Under the pieces are notes generated by a model that saw nothing but the letters and a program-made list of their open reading frames with translations, was not told the origin of the DNA and did not search any database. 64,000 bases of DNA from Elsinoe ampelina (lineage: Eukaryota): contig ML992502.1 in NCBI GenBank assembly GCA_010093995.1, positions 1 to 64,000 on the forward strand, given 5' to 3'. This document shows, one piece after another, positions 34,343 to 46,900 of this stretch (position 1 is the stretch's first letter; each line of letters starts with the position of its first letter). The position numbers and the translations under genes are program-made.

Positions 34343-34809
34343 GTGGCTAACAGGCTTACCAAGTTGCAGTCAACCACAAAAGTGTTTCGCATAGCGTGGA
34401 TAGGGTTGGTAATACAATTCAAAACCAAACTACCAGCATAGCACGACTCGATCATGTTCCTTGGCATTTTCTCATCGCCGCAGACCGCCAAGAAATCACG
34501 GAGCTATTTTGACTGTAAACCGACGTTCGGCCGCAAAGGAACGGCCGTAGAGTAAGCACAACAGCCGCACAACATCTCACTGCCAGGTATTTGTCTCACA
34601 CTTCATACCCCTTTGCGATATCAAGATGCGAAACCACGCGTAGGGACTTCACACTACCAACCTTGGCCGCAATTTCCACGGCCGTGCTGCTCAGGCATCA
34701 CTATTCACGATGACCGCCATGCATTGTCCGCGTTGCATTCAGCCCCATAATGTTACCGATCATATCAATGCTCTCTCTTTGGGTGAGTACGAGATCTTCC
34801 CGGGCGTCC

Positions 34810-34815
34810 TATAAA
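34810..34815 (+). promoter_or_regulatory. Putative TATA box of the RTA1-like gene
   Basis: TATAAA about 150 bp upstream of ATG 34964, followed by a CT-rich leader. Confidence 0.45.
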
Positions 34816-34963
34816 GTCAGGGCTCGGTATGGGCTCTTCCATATCTCCATCTAATCAATAGCCATTCTTCTACCCCTGGCCCATCCTACTGGACTCACAC
34901 CTAGTCAATGATCACAACCTTCCGCGTCGTCTTCAACTACTCCAACCACATCTGACTGTCACA

Positions 34964-35881
34964 ATGTCTGACGCCTACGACGCCTGCACCTCCGTCTCCG
35001 ACGCTTGCCTCGTCGAAGCCACCGTCTACGGGTACACTCCGTCCCTCCCGGCCAACGCCCTCTTCCTCGCCCTCAGCGCCCTGTGCGCTCTCGTCCAACT
35101 CTTCCTCGGCATCCGCCACCGCACCTGGTCGTACATGACCGGTCTCCTCCTCGGGTGCATCACGCAATCCATAGGCTACGTCGGCCGAGTCATGATGCAC
35201 TCTAACCCTTGGGACGAAAACGCTTTCACGATCCAGATCACGTGTCTCATCCTTGGCCCGGCGTTCATTTCGGCGAGTGTGTACCTCACGTTGAAGCACT
35301 TTGCGCTGGCTTTGGGCAGGGAGAAGAGTCTGCTCAGGCCGGAGTGGTATACCTGGGTGTTCATCACGGCGGATATTGTGTCGATTGTGTTGCAGGCTGT
35401 GGGAGGGGCGTTGGCTTCGTCGGCCGAGACGGAGGTGGAGAGTGATAGGGGTGGGAATATCATGTTGGCGGGCATTGCGTGGCAGGTGGTGTCGTTGGCG
35501 GCATTTGGGGTGTTGGGATTGCTGTATGCCTTCAGGGTGTGGAGCAGGAGGGCGGGGATGACGGCTGGTCAGGAGGGTTTGGTGAGGTCGAAGAGGTTCA
35601 GGGCCTTTGTCGGTGCGGTGATGTTGGCTTACACGACAATCATGGTCAGGTGTATCTACAGGATTCCGGAGCTGGCTGGGGGTTGGAGCAATGAGTTGAT
35701 GAGAAAGGAGTTGGAGTTTGCGGTGCTGGACAGTGCGATGGTTGCCATCGCCTGTTTGGCGTTGACATTGGCTCATCCGGGGTTGTGCTTCCCGGTCATG
35801 GGAGGAAGAGCAAAGCATCATGACGAGAAAGATGTCGAGCTGGAGGACGAGACTGGACAGGTCAAAGCCAGCATGGTTTAA
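34964..35881 (+). CDS. RTA1/Rsb1-like 7TM lipid-translocating exporter family protein
   Basis: YGYTPSL, IGYVGR, LILGPAFISASVY, FITADIVSIVLQAVGG, RCIYRIPEL, LAHPG. Confidence 0.92.
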   Translation: MSDAYDACTSVSDACLVEATVYGYTPSLPANALFLALSALCALVQLFLGIRHRTWSYMTGLLLGCITQSIGYVGRVMMHSNPWDENAFTIQITCLILGPAFISASVYLTLKHFALALGREKSLLRPEWYTWVFITADIVSIVLQAVGGALASSAETEVESDRGGNIMLAGIAWQVVSLAAFGVLGLLYAFRVWSRRAGMTAGQEGLVRSKRFRAFVGAVMLAYTTIMVRCIYRIPELAGGWSNELMRKELEFAVLDSAMVAIACLALTLAHPGLCFPVMGGRAKHHDEKDVELEDETGQVKASMV

Positions 35882-36632
35882 ATGTTGATCAACGGGGAGA
35901 AGGCTTCGGATAGTAGGATGGATAATGACAAGCTGCAATTGCTGGCTGGCTGGATATTTGATGGATTATTTCCTCGTTATATGATAGAAATTACTGAGGT
36001 CCTTGAATTGTGTCCTCCCTACTGGATTTAGTGTTGCACACTATGTCAGTATGAGACCATGCTGGACCCATCCCAAATGAGACCTACTGGCAACGTCCGC
36101 CCGACAGTATTACTTTTCCTCCAACCGAATACAGTCGCCACTCCAGCGTCTTCCGAGAGGAGGTCTTCTAGAACAATGCGTTGCTGCTCTATTCGATCTT
36201 CGGGAATTCCAGGCGCTCTCAGCCTGATGCAAAGACAACTGGAGAGGCTCGCCTCCAGTGTGTCACGTCCAAACGACTGCCTGGACCAAATATCTCGGAG
36301 AGTCGTCAGCACAAATTGCTCAAGCGTTGATCATGAAGAAAAGATGGGTGCCTGGAGTGCTGACATGGGACAACAGTTGTAGCCCGCTTCTTGCGAGAAA
36401 TGAGATGCGCGCGTGGTGATCACCCACCTCGCCAGCGCTGATTGGTTGCTCCGACATCATCCAACATCTCACTCGTTCACCGTCTTGTTGCTCACCCCCA
36501 CTCGGACTCTATTATCATGTGCTTACTATCTCTCATGCTCTTCGGGGCCGTGCCTGCGAGGGCGTGTTCAGGCTTTGTCGCTCCAACCCGGAGACCTACA
36601 ACAAAATTCGCCACAAAGACCGGACACACAGC

Positions 36633-37074
36633 ATGACAGGATTCACCTCCACCCGCGAAGGCTTCGAGCGGGCAATGGCTCTTTGTCTGACTGGTCCCCA
36701 GGAGACAGCACGACAAGACGCCGAAAAGATGGTGACACCAGATTTCTATCAGATCATAAACGACCGACGGATCGACTATGAGACCTACGTGGCGCATCTG
36801 GCAGAATGGCGGGGCAAAACAAGTGATTACAAACCAAAGATGTGAGTTTGTGGATGTATTTATGCTAGTTTATACCACTGACTAGTCGGTCAGCGAAGAG
36901 TTTCTCCGGGACGGCGACCTACTAGCAGCACGTCTGGTAGGCACAATCAAAGTCGAGGGAGTGGACTGCAAGTTCGAAAGCTTCTTGTTCGCCAAAGTCG
37001 CGGAATCGGATGGGAGGATGACGTCTTTGATTGAAAGGTCTATATGGGGACCTATCCACGAGTCGAGCACCTAG
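36633..37074 (+). CDS. Small SnoaL/NTF2-like protein (about 129 aa), 2 exons
   Basis: Intron 36842-36893 (GTGAGT..CTGAC..CAG) joins ...TPDFYQIINDRRIDYETYVAHLAEWR...KI to EEFLRDGDLLAAR...DGRMTSLIERS. The fold call is an inference from length and pattern. Confidence 0.72.
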
Positions 37075-37113
37075 GAGAGCTCTTCTTCATCGGCCGGTCT
37101 CCTTCTTTGCATG

Positions 37114-38302
37114 TCATATCCAGAGCAATTTTGCGATTAGCTTGTCCATCCAGGAGCGCCTGTGGACCGGACATTCCGCTGCTTGATCTCTGGCAGCCTC
37201 TTCATCATCACCATTGATGGCCTTCAATAACGAAAATCGTTTCCGAGCTTCTGCGAGGTCTACTTCAAGCCGTCTCAACTCTCGCCGAGCAAGTGCTACG
37301 TTGACAATCCCGAAATCTCCGGTACATGGTTTACGTCCTGTCATAGCAAGACCGAGCTGTGTTTCGTAGTGGTATGTGCGCTGCTCGGGTCCGATAGACT
37401 GCTCGGCAATGTCCCAAAATTCTGCTATCTCCCCGACCATGGTGCGCGGGCGTATTTGGGCTCGAGTCCTCAAGGTACCCTGCTGCGACACTGGAGGTAA
37501 GCTATCGAGGTCTCCAAGATCATGCCAGACGTATATGCAGAGGACGTAGATCGTACCTCTCACGGACGGTACGGCCACTTTGACACACTGCGTGGCGCCT
37601 TCGGTCATACATATCCTGCACATCACCGTCGGCGATGGAGGAGCGTACACAATGTCGGATAAGCTGCATGCGCTTTCTTCCTGTAGCCTGGCTTTCAGTC
37701 GGCTTCCTTCGACTCCTATCGGTAGAGCATAGTATCCGAAGATGCTGGGCCCCGTATGCACATAGTGCCCCGTCACAGAATGTTGGCAAGGGTAGCACAG
37801 TCCGTTGTCATATCTCAATCTGTATTCGACCATCTTCAGCCCTTCATATGAAGCATTCCAGCAAAAGGCTTGTGTTTGGATCATAAGTCGGTTCTTACGT
37901 TCGAGAGCCCGAGTGATGACCATACCTCGGGGGCGCTTCGTGATGGCTGTCGAAAAGTTGCCTGGTAGAATGTAGCCATTGGAGGTCGCCGCTACAAGAC
38001 GCACGAATGGCTGAGGATCGAATCTCTGCTATATCTCTATCGAACGCGTATTTCGTCCGACTTCGCGTGTCACGCGCCCTGGCCGTCTCAAGTGCCGTCG
38101 GGATTGTTTCTGATAGTGTCATGTCTAGCGGATTGCATGTATAGCTCGCTGAGTACGGAGGCGGAGCATCTACGGTGAGAGGCAGTGAAAGGGTCGTAGT
38201 ATCCGCTGTAGGAGATGCAGGATTGTTGGCAGCAGGCATACGACGTGCATTTCTGTGCGCTGCAGCCGTAGGAGGAGATGGTAAATTGAATGTGGCAGCC
38301 AT
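37114..38302 (-). pseudogene. Hypothetical gene split over two frames (frameshift near 37897, or intron 37898-37820); paralogue of 39000-40151
   Basis: The upstream frame (MAATF..PPPY) stops at 37895. The downstream frame carries CRICMT..YVLCIYVWHDLG. Confidence 0.5.
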
Positions 38303-38999
38303 AGAAGGAGGCGCTGGAGGATTCACAAGAGATAGCAAGGTATAGAAGAAGCTGTTCGCAGTACGTAATATTGTTGTCGTCACTGCAGAATCTCATTGGG
38401 ATCAAAGATGTAAGACTTGTTCAGACGCCTTAGATCTTCAACATCAAGCTCGATGTTGCCTTTTATGGCCTCGATACATGCGAACTCTGTTGCACAAAGC
38501 AGTGTACGACTGACTCATTCGCATGTAGGGTTCCAATGTATCACGTTCAGTAGCTCGACTGAACGGACGATAGATTGATCCAATCACAAATTGTCAGCTC
38601 GTTATGAGGCAGAGAGTTCATGTACCGAGATATCAATGAGACAGTTAGATATTCTGGGCCTCTAGGCAACATCGGCTTGGTAGCTCACTCTGCAGCTTGA
38701 CACGTGTATCAGAAGACTCTGGTAGGATATCTCAGGGCGTATGTGCATCGAATTGCTATAGCTCATAGGCGGAGAACGGGCAAGCATGGACTAGTCGAAG
38801 AAAACTCGTATTGAATGGAATTCAGGCAAGGTATATGCACAGACAAAGAAGATCACGTGGAATGTATAATCCGAAAGGCTCGAGAGAACTCAATCTACGT
38901 CCCAGCTCCTCGATCTTTCCTGTCGTAGTTTGGCATACTTTGTCTTGCCTGTTGACCTTGCTCCAAGCAGCATTCCTCGCCACCCCCCCGTACCTTGCC

Positions 39000-40151
39000 T
39001 CAATCCCTTTTGGCCAGCCGGCGTTCTTGGCTGCCGCCTTGACCTGCTGGCGTGTCATCTGGATTCACGTCGTCATCGGTCTTTCCTACGGATAGCCCGC
39101 AAGCGAATGCAGCACCGATGTCGTCCCTGAGGACAGTGAGAAAAGACGTCCGTAGTCGTTGAGTGATGGATGGTGGTGCCAGCAAGACGGCTTGTAAGAT
39201 GTCGGACGTCTTCCGCATAGGTGTCAAGCCCTTCGGTACCGGCTGATCGTGTATCTTGTCCATGTATTTCTTGTACAGCGTAGAACGTCCCACATCTTTT
39301 GGCATACGGACCATCCTAGTCCTGTCCTTCATGGCGATTCTTGCCCAAGTTGGGTCTGAAAAGCTCGATAGAACTCCCAAATCCTGGTAGACATGTTGTT
39401 CGAGAACGTACATTGACGCTATAACTCTGGAGAACCTGACTCCCACAGCGGTGTGGCAGTAGCTGCAGTCACCCGTGTCCCTGGGAGGAATGTCGAATTC
39501 TGATGGGGAAAGAATTTTGAAAGACCCAAAGCGATCTGCAGCCAACATGAAATTGTGCATGCTCCAGTGGTCACTGGCAGACTTTCCAGTATGCCGTTTC
39601 AGAGTCCGAGAGTGGTAGCATATATACTTTAGGATCTTGTTGGCCTCAGGGGATGATACTTTGTCGAACAGCTCTGATAAGTCGCCCCAGAGCAGGAACC
39701 TTGAGTGCATGAAGAGTGAGTTGTCGATGATACGAGGATGAACAGACATGTGTCCGACGGTACTCCAGGGTGAGGAGTGCCAAAGAGATCGTGTGATCTC
39801 TCTTTCGTCAGCCAACAGATTGAGATGCCATTGTGATCCGCTCAAACGGACTGCTGCCAGAATAATCCGCAAACACTCGTAGCTCGGTCTAGTATCAGGA
39901 TCTGGCATTCCCGGGGAGCTACGAAACAAGCCCTTTGGGCCGTATACGCTGCTATGATTGTCGTCCACGAACCTGAAGGGCCAGTCCTTGACAGCTTGCG
40001 AAGAGCTTTCGGCGGTGGTGGAGCTCCCATTCGAGCCATGGGCATGGATCTCAGTGACTTCGGTCTTCGCTTTTGCACTCTGCTCTTCTGTACCTGGTTC
40101 TGCGATACGGGTGTACCGCGGAGGAGGATCGCTGGTAGTATTCGAGGCCAT
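39000..40151 (-). CDS. Hypothetical protein with CxxCxT..(W/Y)xDLG..PxW C-terminal motif
   Basis: Long ORF, first ATG 40151. CSYCHT..YVLEQHVYQDLG..DPTW resembles tails seen in fungal F-box-type hypothetical proteins, but no F-box is recognisable. Confidence 0.6.
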   Translation of the reverse strand: MASNTTSDPPPRYTRIAEPGTEEQSAKAKTEVTEIHAHGSNGSSTTAESSSQAVKDWPFRFVDDNHSSVYGPKGLFRSSPGMPDPDTRPSYECLRIILAAVRLSGSQWHLNLLADEREITRSLWHSSPWSTVGHMSVHPRIIDNSLFMHSRFLLWGDLSELFDKVSSPEANKILKYICYHSRTLKRHTGKSASDHWSMHNFMLAADRFGSFKILSPSEFDIPPRDTGDCSYCHTAVGVRFSRVIASMYVLEQHVYQDLGVLSSFSDPTWARIAMKDRTRMVRMPKDVGRSTLYKKYMDKIHDQPVPKGLTPMRKTSDILQAVLLAPPSITQRLRTSFLTVLRDDIGAAFACGLSVGKTDDDVNPDDTPAGQGGSQERRLAKRD

Positions 40152-40990
40152 AGTGAAGCTGTGGCAATGGGATGCAAGCGTTGAAGGCTTTCGTCGGAGG
40201 AGGTTAAATGGAAAGGAATGAAAGGACACATTGTCGCTGTCAGACTTCCCTTGTCAGGATCTTTTGAGACTTTCTAGACCATGTGAAGACACAGACTCTG
40301 AAGCCTGTGTGATCCGCAAGGTTCATGCCTTCATTGCAATGGTCTCCACTCCAGCGCAATTAATATCCATTCCGTCCAGCAGTTGCAGTCATTAAGCATC
40401 ATGTGGGCCCACACGGCTCTAGCCAAGGTCCAGTCATTTTGACAGTTACCAAGTTACGTGGTCACAAAGAGTTGCCTTTACATTCACGGGTCAAAAAGGA
40501 AAGAGGATTGCAGAGCTTTTCGAAAGCTTGACAAACTTACACGCTCATATATCAGCAGCGTCATCATCTCTCCCGAAGGTCCGTCGAAACTCGTTTATGG
40601 TTTTCCCCTGCAAGCTCCAACGATCGTGGTAGGAATTGATGAAGATCGTACTGGATGTCGTGGAGGGTAGAAGTCAAGAAGAGCAGCCGCGCCGCCACCA
40701 CTACCAAGACCTTCACATTTTGCCAGAACTTTCGCCTCTCTCATACTTGGAAGGCCACTACATCTTCTTCCGTGTATACTTTGTCATAGAGGTAATTAAT
40801 TCGCTTTTCTCATTCCTTCTGCTGCTTCCAATAATCGAGTACGTCAGTGAAAAGGGTAGTGGAGGACGACGGGAACAGTCATAGCAGCGAGATGGGTAGC
40901 AGAGCCAGAGCAGACAGACGATCTAATGATGATGCAAGAAGCACCTACTTCTACCAACGCCGTCCATACCCATATGTACCATCTACGCAA

Positions 40991-43900
40991 TTATGTAAAA
41001 AATCCCTTCATCTCCTTCTTGATGCCATCTAAAACCTGCCTGGCCTCCTCCAGCTTGATCACTCCTTCGAACCCGAAGACGCCTATTGCCAGCTTGTTAT
41101 TCCTGGCAGTGGCTTCGATATCGATACTCGGCTGCGCAGCAGTCAGTGTCTGAAATCCTTCACAGGTACATTTGATACTCACGGGATAAGCACCCTCCAC
41201 ACCGCTTCCCGCCAACTCCTTCGGCAGTGTCCATCCTTGCTCTTCAGCGGGTATCACCACGGCTCTTTCCTTGAACTCATGCTCGTCGTCCACGTCAACA
41301 TTGACTATTCTGATCTGAGCCTCCTTGGTTTCTCGCTCGTCCTCCGCAGGTAGCTTGACAAAATTGAGGAAGACATCCACCTTCACACCTGTCCATTGTT
41401 CGATCTCCCAGAGACTAGTTTGATTGATCCCATCTTCTGAGATCTTCTTGACATCGTTTTGGATTTGCTTCGCTACGATGCTGACATTGGTGGCCTTGGG
41501 CGATCGGACTCGTACAGGCAGCAGATTGACTGTCGGAACAGCAAGGCGCTCGGTCTGCTCGGTACGGTTGGCAAGATAGATACCGATGACCAGATCATCG
41601 TTTCGATTATTTGTCTCAGCGTAGATCTTGGCGTACGCTGCGAAGAAGAGAGATTGAAGACTGAGACCTGTGCTCCGGAGACGAGTCTGGACATCAGAGG
41701 TAATTGGGAGTGCCGATGGGGTAAATACTTGAGTTCTGCCTCCGGTGTGTGCTTTGTCCGATAGAGAAGCCAGAGAGGGGTCATCGAGGTACTTCGTCCA
41801 GAAAGCTTGTTGCTGTGATTTGGCCGCTGGGGAGCATGTGTCAGGGACGAGTAACGAGAGGGTCGTGCTCGGTCCAGAGGTGACTTTGCTGTTCAGATTG
41901 TCCTCCAGCTCCGACATGAGCATTTGCAGCGATATTGCATCGTACAATGCGTGGTGGACGGAGAGCTTGAGTTCCACGTTGGCTTGCTGCCGAGACACTG
42001 ACAGGTTTGCGAAGGGCTGTTGAGTGGTGTCTTCACCGAGCTTGACCTTCCTTGACTTAAGTATAGCCTGCACGAATGGCAAGTCTGGCTTGCCGATGGT
42101 CGCAAATCTAGTCCTCAACACTGAGTGTCGGTTGACTACTGCTTGCCATGCCTTTTGAATCGAGGCATCTCCAGCGATTCCTTCGAGCTTGTAGGTAAAG
42201 GTTGGGTAGAGAAGCTTTCCTCCCGATTTCTCCCATGTGCCGAGCATGAATGCTTGACCAGCAGTAACCGGCAGTATAGCCTCGACTTCACTCTGAGCAA
42301 AACCGATCGACTCCGGACTGACACCGTGTTTTGCGACAAGCTTCGCGACATGATTGATTCTGGAAGGTTCGTCGCCGCTCGATTTCGGCTTCTCACAAGC
42401 GAGACTCGCCATAGCTTCGACGGTCCCAGCTTTGATGATCTTGCTGACAGCCAGATTGATATCCTGCTTCTTGAGTAGTGATGCCAATTTGATGGAGCTA
42501 ATGGAATCGATGCCCAAATTCTCCAGTCTGGTGGTCTTGCCAATCTCGTGAACAGGCAGCTTAGCAACTTTGGCGACGATATCTCGGATCTTCGATTCCA
42601 CCTCGGACCAGCTTGTCTCGACTTTGTGGTCGGCTGTTGTCTGAGGTGTCTGGTCGGCTTCGTTGGAAATTTTGAATGCTTCCTGACCAACAACGCTGAC
42701 GTTGCCGCCCTCGAATTTCAGCACCTCCTCATTGATCCTCTCCATCAGACTTCCTAGCACGTTATCGACATCTTCAAGCATCTCCTCCACTCCGGCTTGT
42801 TCCTTCACTGCACTCTTAACCGCGTTCCTCCAAACAAGCTCGTCACCCACAATCTCCGCTTCCACAGCTACAGGATACTCGACATCGCTTGCACCAAGCA
42901 CACTCTCATATAGCTTTTTCCCCTGATTCGTTGTACTCGGTGCCTTCTGGTACGTAAATAGCGCATCAAACAGCCCGCCCTCAAACGGCTTGTCCTTCTT
43001 CGCAATCTGCGTGATCTTCCGTAGCGGAGTAGCTTGGTATTCTCTGACTTGCAATAGCTGCTCTTGTACTTCTTGTAGAATCTGCTTGGCGGTTCCATGG
43101 ATAATATGCCGAGAAGCAACGGTATTCATGGTCGGGAACAGGACTTCTTCTGCTTCGGGAGTATCGCGGCCGGCAAGGACAAGGCCGTAGACGACATCCA
43201 GGCTCTGAGTGAGAGTAGAAAGATAGAGAGCCCAGGCGGTCTGAATGAGTGCTTGAGGGGTGACATTCTGTGCTTTTGCGAAGGAGATAACCTCCGAAGC
43301 GGACAGAGAAGAAGCAACTTCTGCTCTGTGAGTCTCATTGACCATTGTTTCGGTGGTCGGGATGCGTGATGACGTGATGTTGCTCAGCAGTGACTCCCAG
43401 AATGTAGTCGATGGTGATTCGGTGGCGTCCAACGCAAAGTCAACGATGGAATCGTAGTTCGGCCGCTCTGGTGCAGCATTCTTGTATGCAGCTGCCACAT
43501 CGGAGTGCAGCAGAGATAGGCTGTAGCCATCATACAATGCGTGCGCGATAGACAACACCAGGAACGTCTTGGGTTTCTGAGAGACCAATGTTAAGCGGAA
43601 CGGTGGGTCCAGCTGCTTGTTGGTACGAACGGACGCTGTAATGTCGGGGAGAAGAACATCTACTTTCTCATCTGCTTGAAGTGTTCTCTTGCCGAAGTTG
43701 AACTCAGAGTTTGCCATGATGACTTGGGCAAATGTCGACTCCACAGCGGTATCCTCGAGAGCAACGAATGCTGTCCTCAAAATCGGATTTGCATTGATCA
43801 CGTCTTTCCACGCCTTCTCCAGTCTCTCAAGGTCGACATCAGGCTGAACCTCCAGGATATCGTGATTGAAATAAGCGTTGTAGTCGCTTTTGATCATCTC

Positions 43901-46900
43901 CGACACAAGCGCTTCTTGCATAGGTGTCGCAGCGAGGACACGCTCGATCCTACTGTTGTCTCTCACAGACTGATTGACAGCTTTCTTGAGAGAAGTCAGT
44001 CTTTTGCCCCTCTCTTGATGGATATTGGTTCTGTCGTTCTTCGCTTCAGTCTTCTTGATGTTCATGAGAATCTTCGGAATTGTCTGACTCCTCATGAGCC
44101 CGCTAACTGGGACGAGGATACCATGCTTCTTCAGTCTGGCGGAAAGCTTGACTGCATCGATGCTATCCAGACCGATAGCAAAGATAGCAGTGTGTTCGTC
44201 GATCTCGTTGTCTTCCAAGCTTGCGAGCGATGCCATTTCCATTCGAATAGACTTTGCATCATCTGTCCACTCGAAAGGTCCGTGGTATCCATTGGCGTCT
44301 GGGATGTCCTTCTGTACTGGTCCGGACTTGATCTTTGCTCGATAGGTGTCGGAAACCGGAACAGCTGATTCATGATCGTTGATGAGTGCAGTGAGATTTG
44401 CCTCGAACTCGGCAATCATTGTGTTCAAGATCTCGTCATCGCAGTAGTGACCTTGCGCTCCAAGAGTGACGAAGAGATCACCATTGGGTCGTTGTTCAGC
44501 TTCGAACGACAGTGGATAATCTGCCACATAATGGTCGTCCTCAATACTTTGCATAATCTTGCTCAGAGAGCCGTCGTCAATTTGTGGTTGTTGGAAGACG
44601 AACAAGGTCTCGAACAGCGGCTCCATTGAACTCTTGCCGAGCCATTTAGAGATGTCTCGGAGTGGTGTATGTTGATGCGGTAGGGTTGCTACATTGAAGT
44701 CGTGGCAGCGTTTGCAGAATGATGCCCATGACTCTTTATCGCCAATGGTCCAAGCGAATGGTATGGTGTTGAACAGGGGGCCGATGGCACTTTCTGCGTC
44801 AATGTCGAGCGAGCGGCCCGACACAATCAATCCAATGGGTCCAGCATGATACTCGGATAGTGTCGAGAGCCAAGCGGCTTGCACAAGCGCTTGCGGTGTT
44901 ACTTGTAGCTCTTTTCGAGTGTTATCAAGTTTTTGGGGCCTTTCAAGTCGCCGTGTCACGATAGAATCGCGATGAGCAGAAACACCGACGAGCTGTTGCA
45001 TCTCCTCAAATACCGCACCACTGAGATGCTGTTGCCACAATCCTTTTGCCCCCTGATCAAATTTGAGAGGGCCGTGAGGAAGAACCTCGAAGAATGAGGC
45101 TCCAGTCGCATTGTCGGCGCCAGCATGGATCTGCTGAAATCGCTGCATCAGCAAACCCCAGGAATTGCCATCATATAGAGCATGGTGGATGCAGATTTGT
45201 AAGCGGTCACCAGCAAGTGTAGCAGCAAATGGTGTTGTCAGTCCACGGTCATTCGCTGCGATCCAGTCTTGATGTCGCTCGTCGAGAATGTCGGAGAAGC
45301 TCTCCGAATCGTAATGCCAATCCAAATTGGCCCACTTGCGAACGACTTGGATATGGCCGTCTTCAGTTTCGACAAATGCTGTCCGGAGGATGTCAGTCTT
45401 GTCGATCAGACTTTGCAAAGACTTCTTAAGCTTCTCGAAGTCCGTCTCGTTGACCTTGAACAAGAACCTATTGAAATACAGTCCAGCATGGCTGCTCTGA
45501 GATTTGAACAAGATGCCTTGCTGCAAGGGTGTACAAGGCGCGACTCTCTCGATCTCCTTGACGGTAATTCCTAGCGCTTTTGCAGCTGCGCCAATGTACC
45601 TTTGCTGACAAGCCATCATGACTTGTTTCGCGGCCAAGATGTCGGAATTTGATTCTGTTCCTGATCCATCGCTCAACGCACGAGCCAACTTCGCTACAGT
45701 GGCGCTCTGCATGACCGTCGCTATGCTTGCTTTGCCATGGCCTGCCGATTTGAGCCTCCTCGCCAGCTGGACAGCAGAAATTGAGCTGAGCCCAAGAGCG
45801 AAGAGGTTGGCGTCGGGCTTGATGTTTTCGAGCTCGGTCGCTAGGGTCGCAGCCAGAGCCTCCACAATAACCAATTCGGTGTCATTGAGAGCCCTTTGCT
45901 CGGAGCCAGGAAGGCTAAGTTCTTGTAGCTGAGCAGTACTGAGGCTCTGGTAAAACTGCTTGAGTAACTTGTCATCCTGCTTGTTGTTGACCGAAAGTGG
46001 GATGAAATGGATGGGGACAAAGTGTGTCGGCACCATGTAGACTGGCAGCTTGTCCTCGCAAGCCGCTTTTGCTTGCGCAATCATGGTTGTGATCTCAGCG
46101 TCTTCGAACAGGGTCGGGTGACCTTGCATACGCTCTGATGATGGTGTCACAAAGGCCACTAGCTGATCTTTCTGCTTATCTTCCTGTCGAGCAACAACGC
46201 ATACTGCGTCCTTAACACTTTCACACTCGAGCATGACCGCAATGATCTCATCAATCTCTAGACGCTGCCCTCGCAACTTGACTTGGCTGTCTGCACGACC
46301 GAGGAACTCGAAGCTATCATCGTGCATCAGTCGAACCAGGTCGCCTGTCCGATAGATTCGCTCTCCCAATTCGTCAATGTAGGGGAAGCGATCCGCGTTC
46401 AGATCGGGGCGATTAAGGTATCCTTTCCCGACCAGCTTGCCGAAGATGCAGAGCTCGCCCACTCCCCCTCGTGGGACGGGAGAGATGGTTCCAGGCTTGA
46501 GCACACAAGTACCCACATTGTCGAACGCCCAGCCGATGTTTGCAGCTTTGCCATTCGTCGGTACTCCAGGGAATGTTGTTACACCTATGGTACATTCGGT
46601 CGGGCCGTAAAAATTGAAGAGGCACCCGTAGTCGCCCCAAGCGCGGAGCATTTCCGGCTTCACCGCTTCGCCGCCTGTGATGAAGACTCCTCTATGAAGT
46701 GATGGGACGCTTGCTGGGTCTAGAAGTCGACCTAGTGAAGGAGTGAGATCAAGATGCGTCACTTGGAAGCGGTCGATAAAGGAAGCGATGTCTTCAAGGA
46801 TGAGATCGCGAGGAGCACAGAGAAGCTTCATGCCCATACTCCAAGTCCAGAAGTGCTCGAGGATTGCGACATCAAAGTGGTACGATGCAAATTGCAGCCA

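Noticed and set aside
34937..35938. 333-aa antisense ORF over the RTA1-like gene
   Set aside because: A shadow ORF caused by codon bias on the coding strand. The same applies to the antisense ORFs over Amt, SDR, NST1, NRPS, ABC and sidA (63583-63984).
41132..41182. VSIKCTCEGFQTLTAAQ as part of the NRPS protein
   Set aside because: It has GTGAGT..CTGAC..CAG signals and is most likely a 51-nt in-frame intron.
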